Assembly (NCBI GenBank): GCA_017881885.1
Contig: JADGQJ010000003.1
Location: 1-35,173, forward strand
DNA from: Chloroflexota bacterium
GTDB taxonomy: Bacteria > Chloroflexota > Limnocylindria > Limnocylindrales > CSP1-4
Direction: 5' to 3'
Length of the DNA: 35,173 nt
Notes under the pieces: model-generated
What the model was told of the DNA's origin: nothing
Databases searched by the model: none
Seen by the model: only the letters and a program-made list of their open reading frames with translations
Shown here: piece after piece, positions 1 to 8,812 of the stretch
Numbering within the stretch: position 1 is the first letter of the stretch
Layout of the letters: each line of letters starts with the position of its first letter
Position numbers and translations under genes: made by a program

Positions 1-1446
1 GCCGCGTCCGAGGCCGACGACGACGTCATGACGAAGTACCTCGAAGGCGAGGAGATCAGCGACGCCGAGCTGGAGTCGTGCCTCCATACGGCCATCCGGT
101 CCGGCATGGTCGCGCCCGTCCTGGTCGGCAGCGCCTCGAAGGACATCGGCGTTCGCGCGCTGATCGACGCAATCGTGCACTACCTCCCATCGGCCGCGGA
201 GCTGGGCGAGATCGTCGCCACGGACTCCAAGGGCAAGGAAGTCAAGATCGTCCCGAGTGCCACCGGCCCGCTCGTCGCCCGCGTCTTCAAGACGACGGCC
301 GACCCGTTCGTCGGCCGTCTGACGTATCTGCACGTGCTATCGGGGACGCTGCACGGCCAGGGCCAGGCCTGGAACGCGACCCGCGGCGAGGCCGAGCGGA
401 TCGGCCAGTTGCTGCTGCTCCACGGCAAGGACCAGGAGACGATCGGCCAGTTGCAGGCCGGCGAGATCGGCGCCATCTCCAAGCTCACCGTGACCGCGAC
501 CGGCGACGTGCTCTCGTCCTCTCGTGAGCAGGCCTACACGCTTCCGCCCCTCTCGTTTCCCATTCCCACACTTCAGGTCGCGATCGAGCCGCAGACGAAG
601 GCCGACCTGGACAAGATGGGCTCGGCCCTCCAGCGCATGCTCGAAGAAGAGCCCTCAGCACGAGTCGACCGCTCCGACACGGGCGAGCAAATCCTCGTTT
701 CGATGGGCGACGCGCACGTGGCGGTTCTGGGCGAACGCCTCAAGCGCAAGTTCGGCGCCGCGATCGTGACCAAAACCCCCCGAGTCCCCTACAAGGAGAC
801 GATCCGAGGCAAGACCCAGGCCCACGGCCGATACAAGAAACAGACCGGCGGCCATGGCATGTTCGGCGACGTCTGGATCACGATCGAGCCAAACCCGGGC
901 GGCGGCGTCGAATTCGCCGAGCACGTGGTTGGCGGCACCGTGCCCAAGAACTTCTTTCCCGGCGTCGAGAAAGGCATCCGCGAGTCGGCGGCAGAAGGCG
1001 TGCTGGCCGGTTACCCACTCAGCGACTTCAAGGCGACGCTATACGACGGGTCGTTCCACGCAGTTGACTCCAACGAGTTGTCTTTCAAGATCGCGGCCTC
1101 AATGGCCCTCAAGGCGGGCGTCCTCGAATGCAAGCCGGCTCTCATGGAGCCGATCATGACGGCCGAGATCCGCATCCCCGAGGCCTACTTGGGCGACGTC
1201 AACCGCGACCTCAACGGCCGCCGCGGACGCGTCCTCGGCATGGACACCAAGGACGGGATGCAAATCATCACGGCCCACGTGCCCCAGGCGGAGTTGTTCT
1301 CCTACGCCACTGAGTTGCGCTCGATTACCGGCGGCCGCGGCACCTTCAGCGCCGTGTTGGACCGCTACGAGGACGTGCCGGCGCACATCGCCGAAAAGGT
1401 GATCGAGGCCCACCGCAAGGTCGTCGAGGCCGCACACAAGGAATAG
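1..1446 (+). CDS. fusA: Elongation factor G paralogue (EF-G2/fusA2-like), 5'-truncated by the window
   Basis: Frame is open from base 1. EF-G domain II-V motifs: FKTTADPFVGRL, MGDAH, P.VPYKETI, KKQTGGHGMFG, DGSFHAVDS, LMEPI, DLNGRRG, LRSITGGRG. It is not followed by tuf, so it is probably the non-str-operon paralogue. Confidence 0.93.
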   Translation, partial: AASEADDDVMTKYLEGEEISDAELESCLHTAIRSGMVAPVLVGSASKDIGVRALIDAIVHYLPSAAELGEIVATDSKGKEVKIVPSATGPLVARVFKTTADPFVGRLTYLHVLSGTLHGQGQAWNATRGEAERIGQLLLLHGKDQETIGQLQAGEIGAISKLTVTATGDVLSSSREQAYTLPPLSFPIPTLQVAIEPQTKADLDKMGSALQRMLEEEPSARVDRSDTGEQILVSMGDAHVAVLGERLKRKFGAAIVTKTPRVPYKETIRGKTQAHGRYKKQTGGHGMFGDVWITIEPNPGGGVEFAEHVVGGTVPKNFFPGVEKGIRESAAEGVLAGYPLSDFKATLYDGSFHAVDSNELSFKIAASMALKAGVLECKPALMEPIMTAEIRIPEAYLGDVNRDLNGRRGRVLGMDTKDGMQIITAHVPQAELFSYATELRSITGGRGTFSAVLDRYEDVPAHIAEKVIEAHRKVVEAAHKE

Positions 1447-1476
1447 CGGCGCGCGCGTAACTGAATTGGAGGGGCC

Positions 1477-2100
1477 ATGACACCGTGGCAAGGGCCGCCG
1501 CCCGGATACGGCTGGGGCCGCGCCTGGCCGCCGCAGCCTCCGTTCGTCCCGGGACGGGCCTTCTACGCGCTTTTGGCGGTGGTGCTCGGCATCGGCGTCG
1601 TGGCATCCAGCGCGCCAGATCTGGGCTTCCTGCTCGCCCTGGCGTACCTGATGGGCCTCACCCTCGGACTCGTCTGGCTCATCGCCTTCTGGGTTGCGGC
1701 AGGTGACACGCGTCTCCACATGCCACGCCGAAGCTGGGCCCGCTGGGCCGGCATCCCGGTCATGTGTTTTGCTTGCGCGGCACTCATTTCCTCGGGTCTG
1801 CCCTTGACTACGCGTTTCGAGGCGAGCAGGCCGGCCCTGGAGCAGGCCGCGGTACGCGCCGAGTCGGGGGAGCATTTCGAGTCGGGCTGGATCGGCCTCA
1901 TGCCTGTGCACGAAGTTCGAACGCTTGGGCGCGGCACGCTGTTTGTCCTCTCGGGCTCCGGCGAGACCGTCGACGAATGCGGCCTGGCCTACAGCGACAT
2001 CGGCATCTCGGCTTTGCAGTCGTTCCTCAGTGACTCATACAACGTGTCGAGCTACGGACATGGTTGGTGGTACTGGTGCAGCTACCCGCCGGGCGATTGA
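1477..2100 (+). CDS. Hypothetical membrane protein (about 3 N-terminal TM helices, C-terminal soluble domain ending GWWYWC)
   Basis: GGAGG RBS at 1468-1472 before ATG; hydrophobic segments; 207 aa. Confidence 0.75.
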   Translation: MTPWQGPPPGYGWGRAWPPQPPFVPGRAFYALLAVVLGIGVVASSAPDLGFLLALAYLMGLTLGLVWLIAFWVAAGDTRLHMPRRSWARWAGIPVMCFACAALISSGLPLTTRFEASRPALEQAAVRAESGEHFESGWIGLMPVHEVRTLGRGTLFVLSGSGETVDECGLAYSDIGISALQSFLSDSYNVSSYGHGWWYWCSYPPGD

Positions 2101-2200
2101 GCCGCCGGCGGATCTGGGGTACCGGCTCTACGGCGAAATCGCAGTCGGCTGGTGGGTCTGGTGCGACAACATCTAGCCTGAGTTCTGTGCAGACACAAAT

Positions 2201-2234
2201 AGCGGGCCCCGTACAGGCCGGTGCGAGGCCCGCT
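2201..2234. terminator. Probable intrinsic terminator hairpin, possibly bidirectional
   Basis: AGCGGGCC (2201-2208) pairs with GGCCCGCT (2227-2234), with further inner pairs. Flanked by TGTATG on + and ATTTGTG on -. Confidence 0.55.
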
Positions 2235-2274
2235 TGTATGACTGCGACAGGGCCGGCCGGCGCACGGCCGTCCT

Positions 2275-2458
2275 CGCGCCGGGGCCGGACAGTGCCGCAG
2301 GGTGACGTCGCACAGGACCGTGGCCGTAGCCCGTGAAGACCGAGCTCGGTGCCGACGCCTCCACATGAGGGATCGGCCGGCCCACAGGCGGCTTTAGGCG
2401 GTGATAGTCCCATGGCGCCTGTACGCTTCGGCGAGCACTCGGAGCCAGGAGCCCGGAT
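2275..2458 (-). ncRNA. Candidate rod-shaped ncRNA, 6S RNA-like
   Basis: Hand-folded nested helices on the minus strand with a central unpaired stretch. The closing stem AGUG-CUC-GC/GC-GG-CACU resembles the E. coli 6S GAUG-UUC-GC/GC-GG-CAUC. Not tested with a covariance model. Confidence 0.3.
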
Positions 2459-3001
2459 TTGAATTCAACGGAACGCCCCCTAGAGATTCGCGCGAGCTAC
2501 ACCCTGACGGCGCGGGAATGGGTGTGGGCGATGGCTCGGCTTCGACCGGTGGCGCTGGTCTACGACTCGATTGCCGCGGCCGGGCTCCTCGCGTTTGGCG
2601 TGTGGGAGTCGGACCTGGCATACCTGCTCGTCTTCTGGGCGCTGTCGGTCTTCGTTATCACGTCTTATCTGTGGGTGCCGTGGCTGGCCGGGCTTGTGTC
2701 CGGCACGCTCCGGCGCGCGACCTCACCTACTGATCTCGAGATCGATGGCGCGGGACTCACTGCCCGCACCGCCGGCGGCACGGCCCTGATGGAATGGGGC
2801 GCCGTCAAGAGCGTCAAGGAGATCGGAAGCTGCCTGGTGTTCGTCCGGCATTCCGGCAGGTGGCGGATCGTTCCGAAGCGCGCCTTCTCGGCCGAACAGC
2901 TCGCGGAGCTGCGAACCTACCTCAAGACCGAGGGGCTTCTCGACGACAGATCACTCTGGGCGAAGATCCAGAAGGTTGCCAACGACGGGCCTGATTCTTA
3001 G
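2459..3001 (+). CDS. YcxB family membrane protein
   Basis: Two TM helices, then a PH-like domain with W..V..V.E and the IVPKRAF motif typical of YcxB. AGGAG RBS before the TTG start. Confidence 0.8.
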   Translation: MNSTERPLEIRASYTLTAREWVWAMARLRPVALVYDSIAAAGLLAFGVWESDLAYLLVFWALSVFVITSYLWVPWLAGLVSGTLRRATSPTDLEIDGAGLTARTAGGTALMEWGAVKSVKEIGSCLVFVRHSGRWRIVPKRAFSAEQLAELRTYLKTEGLLDDRSLWAKIQKVANDGPDS

Positions 3002-3028
3002 GCGACACCGCTCGCTGGCGCTCTGGGC

Positions 3029-3796
3029 TCAGCCGCCGTTCACGAGTCGCAGCGCTTCCGCGAGGTCGATCCGGCCTTCGTAGAGGGCCCTGCCGACGAC
3101 GGCTCCCGCGCAGCCGATGGCTCGGACGGCCGAGATATCTTCCAGCGACGAGACACCGGCTGAGGCGATGATGTCGCCCCGCTTGAGCTCAACCATCAGG
3201 CGGAGCAGATCGAGATTCGGGCCGGTCAGAAGGCCGTCTCGTTCGATCGCCGTGACGATGAAGGTCCGAGCGCCACGATCCGCCAGGTTGGTCAGCGCAT
3301 ACGCGACCGGCACGCCCTCGGCTCCCGGAACCCAGCCCTGCCCGACTGCAACGCCGTCGCGCACATCCAGCGCAATCGCGATCCGCTCCACGCCGAACCG
3401 CGCCACCAGCCGGTCCACGAATCCCGGGTCGCGCAGCGCCGCCGTTCCCACGACCACCCGAGCCGCCCCGGCATCGAGCGCGGCGGCGACCGCCGCCTCG
3501 TCACGCAACCCGCCGGCCACCTCACACGCGACCGACTCCCCCACCGCTGCCACGATGCGCGCAACTGCCTCCGTCTGCCGCCGCGCGCCGTCTCGCGCTC
3601 CGTCCAGATCGACCACGTGGATCCATTTAGCCCCAGTCGCCGCGAAGCCCCGGGCAACCTCGGCCGGGTCGGAGCCGTAGACCGTCTCCCGCGCAAAGTC
3701 GCCTTCGGCCAGCCGAACGACACGACCATCGCGCAGGTCGATGGCCGGCAGGAGCTGGAAGGCGTTCGGCCGCACCACTTGCTCTCGTATCACCAT
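3029..3796 (-). CDS. hisA: ProFAR isomerase HisA
   Basis: Motifs PAIDLRDGRVVRL, HVVDLDGA, GGLR, VVVGTAA, RDGLLTGPN, GRALYEG; adjacent to the his operon. Confidence 0.95.
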   Translation of the reverse strand: MVIREQVVRPNAFQLLPAIDLRDGRVVRLAEGDFARETVYGSDPAEVARGFAATGAKWIHVVDLDGARDGARRQTEAVARIVAAVGESVACEVAGGLRDEAAVAAALDAGAARVVVGTAALRDPGFVDRLVARFGVERIAIALDVRDGVAVGQGWVPGAEGVPVAYALTNLADRGARTFIVTAIERDGLLTGPNLDLLRLMVELKRGDIIASAGVSSLEDISAVRAIGCAGAVVGRALYEGRIDLAEALRLVNGG

Positions 3797-3819
3797 GCTA
3801 CTATGCTACTACACCAGCA
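3788..3819. promoter_or_regulatory. Overlapping divergent promoters and candidate HisR (TrpR-family) tandem operator
   Basis: Four 8-bp units TATCACCA-TGCTACTA-TGCTACTA-CACCAGCA. + strand extended -10 TG-C-TACTAT (3796-3804). - strand -10 TAGCAT (3808-3803) lies 6 nt before the hisA ATG. Confidence 0.6.
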
Positions 3820-3849
3820 GGGCGGCCGAACGGCCGGCAAAGCGAGGAA

Positions 3850-4185
3850 ATGACGATGAGCGCAATCGAAGCATGGCGCGACGAGGCAACCGCTGAGCTG
3901 TTCGGTGCAGTCGTCCGCCTCGAGACGGTGGACGAGGCGTCCGCATTCTTCCGCGATCTTTGCACGCTCGGTGAACTGCACGACATGGCGCAACGCTGGG
4001 CCGTGGTCCGGCTGCTCGACCAGGGCCTCCACTACGCCGAGATCTCGCACCGCACCGGCGCGAGCACGGCCACAATCACGCGTATCGCCCAGTGGCTGCA
4101 TCACGGCGAGGGCGGCTACCTGCGTGCCCTGGAGCGGTTGCGCGCCGCAAACGCCGATTCCACCACCGGAGACAACGCCCGATGA
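3850..4185 (+). CDS. YerC/YecD family TrpR-related repressor (probable histidine repressor HisR)
   Basis: FFRDLCTLGEL..MAQRW.V..LL..G..Y.EI...TGASTATITR.A.WL..G.GGY signature; first gene of the his operon. ATG 3856 is an alternative start better spaced from the GAGG RBS. Confidence 0.92.
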   Translation: MTMSAIEAWRDEATAELFGAVVRLETVDEASAFFRDLCTLGELHDMAQRWAVVRLLDQGLHYAEISHRTGASTATITRIAQWLHHGEGGYLRALERLRAANADSTTGDNAR

Positions 4186-5042
4186 CGCGACGCCTCCGCC
4201 TCGCAATTCCAAACAAGGGCCGGCTGGTCGAGCCGACCGTCCGCCTGCTGCGTGACGCCGGGCTCGTCTTCGAGGCCGGCGAACGGGCGCTGGTCGCGCG
4301 CGTCCAGAACTTCGATCTCGACATCCTATTCGTGCGGACGAACGACGTCGTCGAGTTCGTGGCCGACGGGGTCGCCGAACTCGGGGTGACGGGGCTGGAT
4401 CTGGTCGCCGAATCGGGATCCGACGTGCCTCAGTTGCGCAAGCTCGGTTTCGGGAAATGCCGCCTCACGATCGCGGTTCCGAACGACTCGCCGTTCCGAG
4501 CCGCCGAGGACCTCGCAGGATTGCGCGTCGCGACGTCGCACATGAGCCTGACGAAGAGCTTCTTCGCGGGCCGGTCCATCCCCGTAGACGTAATCCCGGT
4601 GTCCGGAGCGGCCGAAGTCGCCCCCAGGCTCGGCCTGGCCGAAGCGATCGTCGATCTCGTATCGACCGGATCGACGATGGTCGTGAACGGCCTCCGACCG
4701 ATCGAAGAGGTCTTCGAATCCGAGGCGGTCCTGCTCGCGAATGCCGGCGCCCTGCGGGATCGCGCCGACGCGCTGGGAACTATCCAGACGATGCTGAGCG
4801 CCACCCTGGCAGCCCGCGATCGCAAGTACCTGATGATGAACGCCCCCGAGTCCCGGCTTGCCGAGCTCGAGGACCTCCTGCCCGGCCTGGAGTCGCCCTC
4901 GATCATTCCGCTGGCGCACAAAGGAATGGTGGCCATTCACTCGGTCGTCGATGCCGACGCCGTCTGGTCGCTGCTGCCCCGTCTCAAGGCCGCCGGCGCT
5001 TCCGGCATCCTGATCCTGCCCATCGAGAAGATCGTCTCATGA
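4182..5042 (+). CDS. hisG: ATP phosphoribosyltransferase, long form
   Basis: LAIPNKGRL, GVTGLD, LGFGKCRL, SGAAEVAP.LG.A.AIVDLVSTG.T, and the C-terminal regulatory domain (PGLESP, LKAAGASGIL). ATGA overlap with the upstream gene. Confidence 0.96.
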   Translation: MTRRLRLAIPNKGRLVEPTVRLLRDAGLVFEAGERALVARVQNFDLDILFVRTNDVVEFVADGVAELGVTGLDLVAESGSDVPQLRKLGFGKCRLTIAVPNDSPFRAAEDLAGLRVATSHMSLTKSFFAGRSIPVDVIPVSGAAEVAPRLGLAEAIVDLVSTGSTMVVNGLRPIEEVFESEAVLLANAGALRDRADALGTIQTMLSATLAARDRKYLMMNAPESRLAELEDLLPGLESPSIIPLAHKGMVAIHSVVDADAVWSLLPRLKAAGASGILILPIEKIVS

Positions 5043-6376
5043 GCGCCCCGTCCGTCAAGCTGCGCCGGCTCGAGCTGTCTCGCGCGGCCGGGGATCCGTC
5101 GGTCGCCGCGGAGGTCCTGGCTCTCGTGCGCCGTGGCGTCGTCCCGGACCAGCGAGTCCGCGAAGGCGCTCGGGCCATCCTGGCCTCGGTCAAGGCAGGC
5201 GGCGACGCGGCCGTCCGCGCCGCCAACGCTAGCTTCGGCGGCGGCCGAGCCGATGGCTCGCTGCTGGTCGGCAAAGCTGAGATGGAAGCCGCGCGCGACG
5301 CGCTGCCGCCGCGGATCCGGACCGGGCTCGAGCAGATGATCGAGAACATCCGCCGCTTCGCCGAAACCGAGTTGCCCCAGACCCGCATGACCACCATCGT
5401 GCCGGGCGTGGAGATCGAGCGGCGCTGGGTGCCCCTGTCGCGCGTCGGCGTCTACGCCCCGGGTGGCTCGGCGGCATACCCCAGCTCGCTCCTGATGGGC
5501 GTCGTTCCGGCCAAGGTGGCCGGTGTCGGCACGATCGTCGTCGCCTCGCCCGCGGATGCCGAAGGCGCGATCAACCAGACGCTGCTGGGAGCGGCCGGAC
5601 TGGTCGGAGTGGACGTCTTCATCGTTGCGGGCGGCGCCCAGGCCGTCGGGGCGATGGCCTACGGATTGCCGGACGCGGGCATCGCGCCGGTCGACCGCAT
5701 CGTCGGTCCGGGCAACTCCTGGGTGACGGCCGCCAAGCTCGAAGTCTTCGGCGAGTGCGGCATCGACCTGCCCGCCGGCCCGTCCGAAGTGATGGTCGTG
5801 GCGGACGGAACCGCCGACCCCGTGCACGTGGCCGCCGACCTGCTCTCGCAGGCGGAACACGGCCCCGACTCCCCTGCCCTGCTGGTCACCTGGGACGCGT
5901 CCTTCGCCGCGACGGTCGAGGTCGAGCTCGGGCGCCAGCTGGCCACGGCGGCGCGCCGCGAGATCCTGGAACGTTCGCTCGGGAAGGGAGCGCTCATCGT
6001 GCTGGCGCCGAACCGCGACGCAGCGATCGACTTCGTCAACGACTACGCCCCGGAGCACCTCTCCGTGGTCGTGGAGAATGTCGAGGAGGCCGTCGCGCGG
6101 CTCCGAAATGCGGGCTCGCTCTTCGTCGGGCCGTACGCGCCCGAGTCCGCCGGCGATTACGCGTCGGGAGCCAACCACGTCCTGCCGACCGGCGGGCTCG
6201 CCCGCTCTTGCGGCGCCCTCTCCACCGAGGATTTCGGCAAGTTCATCCAGGTCCAGCGCATCACCCGCGACGGCCTCTCCACGATCCGCGACGCCGTCGA
6301 GTCGATCGCCGAGGCCGAAGGGTTGATCGCCCACAAGCGCGCCGTCGAAGTCCGGTTCGAGGGAGCCGCTTCATGA
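5039..6376 (+). CDS. hisD: Histidinol dehydrogenase
   Basis: GVYAPGG..AYPSS.LM, GGAQAV, GPGN, ID.PAGPSE, DLLSQAEH, APEHL, GDYASG.NHVLPT; ATGA overlap with hisG. Confidence 0.97.
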   Translation: MSAPSVKLRRLELSRAAGDPSVAAEVLALVRRGVVPDQRVREGARAILASVKAGGDAAVRAANASFGGGRADGSLLVGKAEMEAARDALPPRIRTGLEQMIENIRRFAETELPQTRMTTIVPGVEIERRWVPLSRVGVYAPGGSAAYPSSLLMGVVPAKVAGVGTIVVASPADAEGAINQTLLGAAGLVGVDVFIVAGGAQAVGAMAYGLPDAGIAPVDRIVGPGNSWVTAAKLEVFGECGIDLPAGPSEVMVVADGTADPVHVAADLLSQAEHGPDSPALLVTWDASFAATVEVELGRQLATAARREILERSLGKGALIVLAPNRDAAIDFVNDYAPEHLSVVVENVEEAVARLRNAGSLFVGPYAPESAGDYASGANHVLPTGGLARSCGALSTEDFGKFIQVQRITRDGLSTIRDAVESIAEAEGLIAHKRAVEVRFEGAAS

Positions 6377-7506
6377 GCGCCTCAGTCGAACCCGGCGATG
6401 CCGTTGAGCTGGGCCCTCTCCCGACATATGTCTGGGAGCCGACGACCGACTTCCTCGCGGCCAAGTACGGGTTGCCCCGCCGGTCGGTCGTCCGCTTCGA
6501 CGTGAACACCTCGCCGCTGCCGCCCGATCTGCGGGACGTGCTGTCCGGCCCGTTCGACCCGCTGCTGTCCGAATACCCGCCCAGCGACTACGCGGAGCTG
6601 GTTTCGGCGGCCGCGGATTCCTACGGCGTTTCGCCGGGCGAGATCCTGCCCACGGCCGGCGCCGACGAAGCCCTCGACCTGTCCGCTCGGGCGTTTCTGC
6701 GCGGTTGGTCGGTCGCCGTGGCGGCCGTACCCACCTACGCGATGTACGGCATCGTGACCGAGCAGCGAGGGGCCTCGTTCATAGGTGTGCCGCGGTTGTC
6801 CCGCGAGCAGGGCCTCGGCCTGGACATACCGGCTCTTGCGGAAGCGGCCCGCACCGCCCAGCTCGTCTGGCTCTGCGAACCGAACAACCCGACCGGAACC
6901 GTCGAGCCGCCGGAACGAATCTCCGATCTGCTGGACCGCCTTGCGGCCGACGCGGTCCGAGACAACCGCGAAGCGCCCGCCGTCGTCGTCGACGAGGCCT
7001 ATGCCGAGTTCGTCGGGAGCTCCGTGCTGCCGCTCCGCGCCCGATACCCGCGTCTGGTCGTGATCCGGACGCTGAGCAAGGCTCACGCTCTGGCGGGGGC
7101 CCGCGTCGGTTTCGCCGTGGCCCGGCCGGAGACGTTGGCGCGGATCCTGTCCTTCCGGGCGCCGGCTTCGGTCTCGACCGTGTCTGCCGCTCTGGCGACC
7201 GCGTCGCTTCGCCGGCCCGAGCTGGCCGCAGCCAACGTCGCCCGGATCACGGAGCAGCGTTCCCGACTCATCGCCGAGCTGGCCCAGATCGGCTGGCACC
7301 CCTATCCGTCCGAGGCCAACTTCGTCCTGTTCCGCTTCGGTTCGCCGATGATCGCCGCCGCGGCCGCCGAGGCGCTGTTGCGTCAGGGCCTCGTCCCGCG
7401 AACATTCGGCCCCGATCACCCGCTCGCCGACTGTCTGCGGCTGACCGTCCGGTCGGCCCAGGAAAACGACCGTCTCATCCGCGCCGCGAGGGAGATATCA
7501 GCATGA
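6373..7506 (+). CDS. hisC: Histidinol-phosphate aminotransferase
   Basis: GADEAL, PTYAMY, PNNPTG, VDEAY.EF, PLP lysine in RTLSKAHALAGARVG, SEANF; ATGA overlap with hisD. Confidence 0.95.
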   Translation: MSASVEPGDAVELGPLPTYVWEPTTDFLAAKYGLPRRSVVRFDVNTSPLPPDLRDVLSGPFDPLLSEYPPSDYAELVSAAADSYGVSPGEILPTAGADEALDLSARAFLRGWSVAVAAVPTYAMYGIVTEQRGASFIGVPRLSREQGLGLDIPALAEAARTAQLVWLCEPNNPTGTVEPPERISDLLDRLAADAVRDNREAPAVVVDEAYAEFVGSSVLPLRARYPRLVVIRTLSKAHALAGARVGFAVARPETLARILSFRAPASVSTVSAALATASLRRPELAAANVARITEQRSRLIAELAQIGWHPYPSEANFVLFRFGSPMIAAAAAEALLRQGLVPRTFGPDHPLADCLRLTVRSAQENDRLIRAAREISA

Positions 7507-8123
7507 CCAGCCAGATCGGTACCGTCGTGAAGTCGGGCGATCGCTCGGCCACCGTCAGCAGGAAGACCCGCGAGACCGAGATCACGGTCACTCTTCGGCT
7601 CGATGGGACCGGCGAAAGCAAGATCTCGACCGGAGTCGGTTTCTACGACCACTTGCTCGGGTCTCTCGCTCACCACGCCCTCTTCGACCTCGAGATCGAG
7701 GCGACCGGTGACCTGGCGATCGACGAGCACCACACCGTCGAGGACGTGGCGCTGGTCTTCGGCGCCGCGCTGGCGGAAGCGCTCGGCGATCGTTCCGGCA
7801 TCGTCCGCTTCGGCGACGCCGCCGTGCCGATGGACGAGGCGGTGGCAACTTCCGTGGTCGACGTGGGCGGACGCCCGTATGCCGTGATCGACCTGCCGTT
7901 CAAGGGCAAGCGAGCCGGCAAGCTGCCGCTGCAGCTGATCGAGCATGTCTTCGAGTCGTTCGCCCGCGCCGGCGGCGTGACTCTTCACCTCAAGGGCAAG
8001 GGCCGGAACGATCATCACCTGGCCGAAGCTGCCTTCAAGGCTCTCGGCCGGTCGCTGCGCGCCGCGTGCGCCGTGGATCCACGCCGGAGCGGCGTCGCCT
8101 CGACGAAGGGATCGCTGGGCTGA
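7503..8123 (+). CDS. hisB: Imidazoleglycerol-phosphate dehydratase (monofunctional)
   Basis: [44 protein letters not shown]; no N-terminal phosphatase domain. Confidence 0.97.
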   Translation: MTSQIGTVVKSGDRSATVSRKTRETEITVTLRLDGTGESKISTGVGFYDHLLGSLAHHALFDLEIEATGDLAIDEHHTVEDVALVFGAALAEALGDRSGIVRFGDAAVPMDEAVATSVVDVGGRPYAVIDLPFKGKRAGKLPLQLIEHVFESFARAGGVTLHLKGKGRNDHHLAEAAFKALGRSLRAACAVDPRRSGVASTKGSLG

Positions 8124-8812
8124 TGGCCGGGTCGACGGCTGCGCCGGGGCCGCTCGTTGCCGTCCTCGACTACGGCGCGGCGAACATGGTCAGCATCGGG
8201 CAGGCGCTCGTGGCCGCGGGCGCTCGCGTGGTCGTGGCCGAGGACGCGGCGGCTCTCCGGGGAGTGGACGCGGTCGTGGTTCCGGGCGTCGGGGCGGCCG
8301 TCCCGGCCATGGCCCACATGAGCGACCGAGGCTTGGCCGAGCCGCTGCGCGACTGGGTTCGGGCAGGTCGGCCGTGCCTGGGGATCTGCCTGGGCTATCA
8401 GATTCTCTTCGAGCGCAGCGCCGAAGGCGACGAGGGCGATGCCGACACGCTGGGGCTCCTTGCGGGACGAACCGTCGGCCTGGCGGACGCACCGACGCTA
8501 CCGCACATCGGCTGGAACACGGTCGAGCTGGCGCGGCCGCACCCGCTCTTCGACGGGATCCCCGACGGATCGCACTTCTACTTCGTGCACTCGTTCGCGC
8601 CCGCGCCGGAGGACGAGCGCGTCGTCGTGGCTCGGACCACGCACGGACGGCCGTTCGTGAGTGCCGTCGCGTCGGGGTCGCTCTACGGACTGCAGTTCCA
8701 TCCCGAAAAGTCGGCCGAGGTCGGCCAGCGGCTGCTGGTCAACTTCCTGAGGCTCGTCGCCGAGGCCACCGCAACGGGCGGCGGCACGGCGCGCACGGAA
8801 GAGGTGGCGTGA
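8123..8812 (+). CDS. hisH: Imidazole glycerol phosphate synthase, glutaminase subunit
   Basis: DYG..N, PGVG, GICLGYQ, PHIGWN, YFVHSF, QFHPEKS; TGATG overlap with hisB. Confidence 0.97.
   Translation: MAGSTAAPGPLVAVLDYGAANMVSIGQALVAAGARVVVAEDAAALRGVDAVVVPGVGAAVPAMAHMSDRGLAEPLRDWVRAGRPCLGICLGYQILFERSAEGDEGDADTLGLLAGRTVGLADAPTLPHIGWNTVELARPHPLFDGIPDGSHFYFVHSFAPAPEDERVVVARTTHGRPFVSAVASGSLYGLQFHPEKSAEVGQRLLVNFLRLVAEATATGGGTARTEEVA

Noticed and set aside
2291-2303. GTGCCGCAGGG resembles part of the Bacillus-type SRP RNA
   Set aside because: The essential helix-8 motif (CAGG..GNRA..AGCAG) is absent on both strands.
3230-3260. HisA TAIERDG in place of the usual TDIxRDG as a sign of inactivation
   Set aside because: The catalytic aspartates (in PAID and RDG) are retained, so there is no evidence for loss of function.
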